The notes under the pieces were generated by a model. The model was not told where the DNA came from and did not search any database. It worked only from the letters and a program-made list of their open reading frames with translations. The translations under genes were made by a program, and so were the position numbers. Positions 59,296-64,000 of a stretch of 64,000 nt of DNA are shown here, piece by piece (position 1 is the first letter of the stretch; every line of letters begins with the position of its first letter). This DNA comes from an uncultured bacterium (GTDB lineage: Bacteria > Acidobacteriota > Thermoanaerobaculia > Multivoradales > JAHZIX01): NCBI GenBank assembly GCA_965368975.1, contig CBDUPA010000008.1:160001-224000 (forward strand), read 5' to 3'.

Positions 59296-61656
59296 ATGCC
59301 TACTGCTATCGTCTCGACACTGCGCCGTTGGGCTAACTTGCTCGACGTTCTCAAGTATGCGGTGTTTCTTGCTCTGCTGCTGGCCTGGTTGCCCCTGACC
59401 GCCTACCGCTGGGTACCGGGGCATTCGTTGCTGGGTGGCCTGTTCGCGCAACTGGACGGCTGGGGGATCTTCTGGGTGACCTTCGGGCTCTTTGCCAGTA
59501 GTTGGAGCCTCATGTCGTGCGTCGGCTTGCTGATCGACGGTGCGCAGGTGCGTGAGCGGGCCGATGCGACGTTCGAAGATTCCGTGACGTATGAGTTTCT
59601 GCCGGAGTTAGCGGTACGATTCTTGAGCTTGCCGGTGACGCGGGGCTGGTTGCGCGCGGCGACGCTTTTCGCGGTGTTGTTGTCGCTGGTCGTGGTCCAC
59701 GTGGGTTTGCTCGGTTGGAAAGGGCTCGTGCCGGCGGCAATGGGGTGGCTGTGCAGCTACTTGCTGATGGTAGCTCTGACGGTACCAGCGCAGCTGGTCG
59801 ACCCGGAGTTTTCATTGCTGCCACGCTCGCTGCTGGCGCAGCGCCTGCGCAGTGTGGCCGACGTGGAAGGCATGCGGCGCGTGGCGCGCGCTCTGCGACG
59901 GGCAGCGTCTTGGTTCTCATGGCGGGTGCTGCGCATGCATTACGTGCTCACCGACGGCAAGGGCGCGGACGCGGGGCGAAGGGTGCTCCAGACCGGGCAC
60001 TTCTTGGCGTTGATGAACTTGCTGGGACTGAGCTTGTTGCTGGTGGCCGTCGGTGTCTCGTTCTTCCCGCCAACACCGTGGATCATCGACACCGAGCCGC
60101 CAGCGGCGGCGTATCTCTACTTGCTCTTGACGCTCAACACCTGGTTGATTCTCGGCCTCGACGCGCACTTGGCACGGCTGCACATCTCGCCGGTGCTGGT
60201 GCTCGTTCTCGTGCTGCTGCTGCGGCCGGACGCCGACCACTACTTCGACGTCCACGAGCAACTCGCTCCCGAGTCGCCGTTGACACCGGTGACGGTCGCT
60301 GAGTCGAGCCGTGCAGCGCGAAATCTGGTGGTCGTTGCGTCGTCCGGCGGCGGCATTCTGTCGGCCGGCTGGACAACCCTGGCGTTGCGCAACCTGATTT
60401 CGGAGCGGCCCCAGCTGGCCGAAGAGATCCGGCTTCTCAGCACGATCTCCGGAGGCTCGACGGGAGCCGCCTTCTTTCTCGACGGCGTCGAACAAGCGGG
60501 GGGTGACCTGAGTGCACTGCAAGAAAGCGAGCGGCGCCGAGTGCTCGAGAACGTCTACTGCCGGGCGACGCATGGGAGCTTGAGCCCGGTCGCCTACGGC
60601 TTCGCGCTGGTCGACTTCTGGCGCGTCTTTACCGGCCGTGGTCTGGACTTGCTGTTCACCGAGCGCTGGCATGGACTGGATCGTGCTCGACTGCAGGAGG
60701 ACGCTTGGGGACGCATCGCCGCCTACCAGTGGCAGAGCGCTGCAGGCGAAACGAGCCAGGCAGAGTGGGGGTGCCGACCCGCGGACGTCGAGGGACCGCC
60801 GCGCCGTCCACGATTGTCCAGCCTGCGTGCGGGTATTCGCGAGGGGCGCTTGCCGGCGCCGATCTTCAGCACGACGGTGATGGAGAATGGACACCGCATC
60901 ATGCTGACGCCGATGGCGTTCGAGGAGCCTGTGCCGGGCCAGGGGGAGCCGCTGCAGCGGGCCCGTACTCTCAGTGGTTTTCTCGGCTACCACAGCGAGC
61001 CGACGCCAACTCGCGAGGCGGATCTGGACTTGTGGAGCGCGGCCCGTTTGTCAGCGACTTTTCCCTACGTCTCGCCAGCGGCGCGCGCACGGGTTTACGA
61101 CGGAAAGGACGTCCGGGTACCCGAAGGGCAGCATGGCCTGCATTTCCTCGATGGTGGCTACTACGACAACTCGGGGCTGACGTCGACGCTGGACTGGCTC
61201 CAACCCGTGCTCGAAGATTTACTGCGTCGGGCTCGTGCCGGTGAAGCGGTCGAGCGTCGGGTGCTGCTGCTCGAGCTGACGCCGTTCAGCGCCACGGATT
61301 CCGAGAAGGTTCAGCCGGTGACCGGCGGCGTCGCCGCTTTGTTCGGCCCGCTGATCGGTGACCTCAAACTGCGCGAGGGCATCACCACCACGCGCAACGT
61401 CATCGAGCGAGACCGCTTCCTGGCCAACTGGAACCGTGAGTTCGCCCAGGCAGGGGTCGAGGTCTGCCTGCAGACGGTCACATTCCGTCCGCCGCCCGGT
61501 GCCGAGCAGCCGTTGTCCTGGCGCCTGACGCCGGAACAGATCGAGCAGCAGATCGCCACCTGGCCGGACATGGAGGGAGCGTCGGAAGAGATTCGCCGGT
61601 CGTGGCGTTCGGCGCTCGACTTCCTGAATGCGAACACCTGCCCCCTCGCTGGGTAA
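59296..61656 (+). CDS. Multi-TM patatin-like phospholipase
   Basis: SSGGG, STISGGSTG, SATFPYVSP and DGGYYDNSG motifs after about 8 TM segments. Confidence 0.85.
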   Translation: MPTAIVSTLRRWANLLDVLKYAVFLALLLAWLPLTAYRWVPGHSLLGGLFAQLDGWGIFWVTFGLFASSWSLMSCVGLLIDGAQVRERADATFEDSVTYEFLPELAVRFLSLPVTRGWLRAATLFAVLLSLVVVHVGLLGWKGLVPAAMGWLCSYLLMVALTVPAQLVDPEFSLLPRSLLAQRLRSVADVEGMRRVARALRRAASWFSWRVLRMHYVLTDGKGADAGRRVLQTGHFLALMNLLGLSLLLVAVGVSFFPPTPWIIDTEPPAAAYLYLLLTLNTWLILGLDAHLARLHISPVLVLVLVLLLRPDADHYFDVHEQLAPESPLTPVTVAESSRAARNLVVVASSGGGILSAGWTTLALRNLISERPQLAEEIRLLSTISGGSTGAAFFLDGVEQAGGDLSALQESERRRVLENVYCRATHGSLSPVAYGFALVDFWRVFTGRGLDLLFTERWHGLDRARLQEDAWGRIAAYQWQSAAGETSQAEWGCRPADVEGPPRRPRLSSLRAGIREGRLPAPIFSTTVMENGHRIMLTPMAFEEPVPGQGEPLQRARTLSGFLGYHSEPTPTREADLDLWSAARLSATFPYVSPAARARVYDGKDVRVPEGQHGLHFLDGGYYDNSGLTSTLDWLQPVLEDLLRRARAGEAVERRVLLLELTPFSATDSEKVQPVTGGVAALFGPLIGDLKLREGITTTRNVIERDRFLANWNREFAQAGVEVCLQTVTFRPPPGAEQPLSWRLTPEQIEQQIATWPDMEGASEEIRRSWRSALDFLNANTCPLAG

Positions 61657-61676
61657 CGTCGGCGCACGAGGTGGTG

Positions 61677-63338
61677 ATGCAGGCCGGCCAGCCTGACGTT
61701 GGGTCGCAGGTCGGACTCTCCAGAGCCGACGGGCTGCCGAGTTGGCAGAGCTGGCTGTTCGCCCTGTGCGGCGCCGGATTCGCCGTTGCCGGGATACATG
61801 TCCTGCGCGCCAACGATCTGGCCGGCGTCCTGACGCTGTTGATCCCACCAACGGCGGCGCTGGCGTGGGGCGCCGAACGGCACCCCGGTGGCAGGTCGCT
61901 GGGGCGCCTCCTGGGTGGGCTCGGGGTTGCACTCGCCCTCCTGGTGCTGGTGGGCACTCGCTCGCGGGGCGGCCTGCTGAGCCTGGTCGTGGCCTTCGTC
62001 GTGTTCGCGGTCCTGCGGCTGGTCTGGACGCGTCGGCGCGGGCTCTTGGCCTTGCTGGCGACGGTGGGTGGAGGCGCACTGCTGCTGCTGCCAGTGTCGC
62101 GGCGCTGGTTGCTGGTGCCGTGGCTCGATGGCGTGCAGGGCCTGTCCTGGAACAGTCTGCTCACCGGGAGACCCGCGATCTGGTACCGGGCTGGCCAGGC
62201 GGCAGTCGACTTCTCGCTCACCGGCTTGCCGGACTTTGGCCGCCGGGTGCCTCGGCTCTACCCCTGGCCGGCATACCTGCAGCCTGGAGGAGGTGTGCGC
62301 CCGCCGGTCGAAGATACGCACAACCTGGCGCTGCAGCTGGTTCTGGACTTCGGCCTGCTCGGTCTGCTCGCTGGCGTCCTGCTGACCGTGGGCGCGGTGT
62401 GGCGCTTGCTGCGAGCGCGCCGGGCGGCGTGTTGTGCCCGAGACGGCAAACAAGATGAGCAGCTGAGACTGTGGACGGAGGGGCTGCTGGCGGCGATCGC
62501 GGGGCATCTGGTCTACGGGCTGTTCGATGTGCTGGCGTTCGGGACCTTGGGCTTCTGGGTGCCTGTGCTGATCCTCGGCCTGGCCTGGACAGTGCCGGTA
62601 CCAGAAAGGGCGCGGCAGCGAAGGCGCAGTCACCGACCCGTACTGGTGACCGCGACCGTCCTTGGGCTGGCGGTGGGGTGGTGGGCGAGCGTCGACCTGG
62701 CACGGCAGCGGGCGCAGCTGCGGGTAGTCGAGTCGCTGGACGGGGGGGCCGTTCCAGACGAGCTGGCGCGGCTCGACGGGATGTTCGACCGTCGAGCCCT
62801 TCGCGCGTCACCGTTGGCCTGCCGGGCTGACTGGTGGCGTGGGTTGGCGGCGCAAGCGGCGGGGCAGTGGGCACAGCGGGACGCAAGCTGGATCGACCTG
62901 GCGCGGTGTGTGCCGTCGATGCTGCCGCTGCTGCGTGCCGGTGCCGTCACGCCGTCGGGTGTCGCGCCCTCGGCAGCGCTGGCGCGGCGGGTGCGAAGGC
63001 ATGTCGCTGAGACCGCGACTCCGGCAGCCCTGGCGCAGGTCGACCTCTGGTTGGCGGATGCCTTGGCGCTGCGTGACGAGATTCCGTCGGCGGCCCACCG
63101 CTACCGGCAGGTGCTGCGCGAGCGGCCCCGCGACGGCCAGATCTGGTTGCGGTTGGCTGGGCTGTCTGCCGAGACCGATCCTCGGGCAGCCCTCGACGCC
63201 TTCGAGCTGGCCTGTCGTTTCGGCGATCCCGGAGCCAATGCGTGCGTCGGTGGTGCCGAGCTGGCGAAGGACCTCGGGTTGTTCGAACGGGCCGGCCGGC
63301 TCCGGGCACGGTCGCGCTGGCAGTCGACTCGGCGGTAG
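61677..63338 (+). CDS. O-antigen ligase-like (Wzy_C) protein with TPR-like tail
   Basis: TRSRGG, GRPAIW and HNLALQLVLDFGLLG motifs; helical repeat C-terminus; start uncertain. Confidence 0.72.
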   Translation: MQAGQPDVGSQVGLSRADGLPSWQSWLFALCGAGFAVAGIHVLRANDLAGVLTLLIPPTAALAWGAERHPGGRSLGRLLGGLGVALALLVLVGTRSRGGLLSLVVAFVVFAVLRLVWTRRRGLLALLATVGGGALLLLPVSRRWLLVPWLDGVQGLSWNSLLTGRPAIWYRAGQAAVDFSLTGLPDFGRRVPRLYPWPAYLQPGGGVRPPVEDTHNLALQLVLDFGLLGLLAGVLLTVGAVWRLLRARRAACCARDGKQDEQLRLWTEGLLAAIAGHLVYGLFDVLAFGTLGFWVPVLILGLAWTVPVPERARQRRRSHRPVLVTATVLGLAVGWWASVDLARQRAQLRVVESLDGGAVPDELARLDGMFDRRALRASPLACRADWWRGLAAQAAGQWAQRDASWIDLARCVPSMLPLLRAGAVTPSGVAPSAALARRVRRHVAETATPAALAQVDLWLADALALRDEIPSAAHRYRQVLRERPRDGQIWLRLAGLSAETDPRAALDAFELACRFGDPGANACVGGAELAKDLGLFERAGRLRARSRWQSTRR

Positions 63339-63359
63339 CGCTCTGCGACGGGTGCTAGC

Positions 63360-64000
63360 ATGCTCCCGATGCGCCCTTCGAAGACCCCCCTGTGCTTGGC
63401 TCTGCTCGTGGTTTCGCTGACTGCCGGAGCGGTGGCGTCAACATCGCCGGTGGCCGCTGGTGAGTGGATTCTCGACGCTGAGGCGGAGGCCCGTTATGCC
63501 CGCTTCCAGGATCTCGGTGACAAGGTCCACGGCGGTGAGCTCGTGGCCCACTGGCTGCCGGACGGTGAGCGCTTCTGGTTCGCCACCGGGGCGCCGCAGG
63601 CAACGGAGATCCTGCTGGTTGACCCGCGCGAGACGCCGGTGCGTCCGCGTCCGTTCTTCGACGTCGAGCGCCTGCGCCAGGTGATCGGTGCCGCAGTGGG
63701 CCATGAACCTCCGGGGCGCGGTGTGCCCTTCCGCGACTTCGTGATGGAAGGGCGCGGCGAGGACGCGAGTGTGCGGTTCCAGGTCGAGGGGCGCACCTTT
63801 CGGCTCCGGCTGGCAGACTACCGATGGACTCGGGTGCCGGCACTCTCCGCGGCCGAGGCCGCTCGCACGACACCCCGCATCGCGCGCGCACCGCGTTATG
63901 CGGGGGAGCCGCCGGTGTTCGAGATCCTGTCGCCGAAGGGACACTGGTGGGCCAGCCTGACAGCAGACGGCGTGAGCGCCGGTACGGGGGCCAGCGGCTC
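63360..64000 (+). CDS. S9B/DPP-IV-like peptidase N-terminus (partial, runs off the window end)
   Basis: Manual translation: signal peptide, HWLPDGERFWF, LVDP, PFFDVERL, VPF and SPKG; catalytic domain outside the window. Confidence 0.65.
   Translation, partial: MLPMRPSKTPLCLALLVVSLTAGAVASTSPVAAGEWILDAEAEARYARFQDLGDKVHGGELVAHWLPDGERFWFATGAPQATEILLVDPRETPVRPRPFFDVERLRQVIGAAVGHEPPGRGVPFRDFVMEGRGEDASVRFQVEGRTFRLRLADYRWTRVPALSAAEAARTTPRIARAPRYAGEPPVFEILSPKGHWWASLTADGVSAGTGASG

Overview
GC-rich bacterial chromosomal segment. The ADOP-type ABC permease, secreted peptidases and gene mix suggest Acidobacteriota or a myxobacteria-like lineage; this is inference. Housekeeping genes (guaA, gpsA, cinA, crcB, tRNA-Phe) are interspersed with signalling, efflux and hydrolase genes. 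Points worth a second look: (1) an AT-richer two-gene islet at tRNA-Phe, with a 792-aa Rossmann-like unknown and a 2TM protein, a candidate uncharacterised defence or accessory system; (2) an RND pump fused to TolC through a signal-peptide-like linker; (3) an orphan C39 peptidase-ABC exporter with a pseudo-REC/GAF/HlyD fusion and a divergent second adaptor, with no precursor visible; (4) tandem PA-domain metallopeptidases, one HExxH and one HDxxH, flanked by two related small secreted proteins; (5) a nuclease-less, Walker-B-degenerate orphan HsdR-like protein; (6) a PspA/CesT/J-domain/SpeE/DUF350/DUF4178 operon; (7) an ABC permease broken by one in-frame TAG; (8) recurrent 15-17 bp tandem micro-duplications across the window. 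All product calls come from motifs read by eye; no searches were run.
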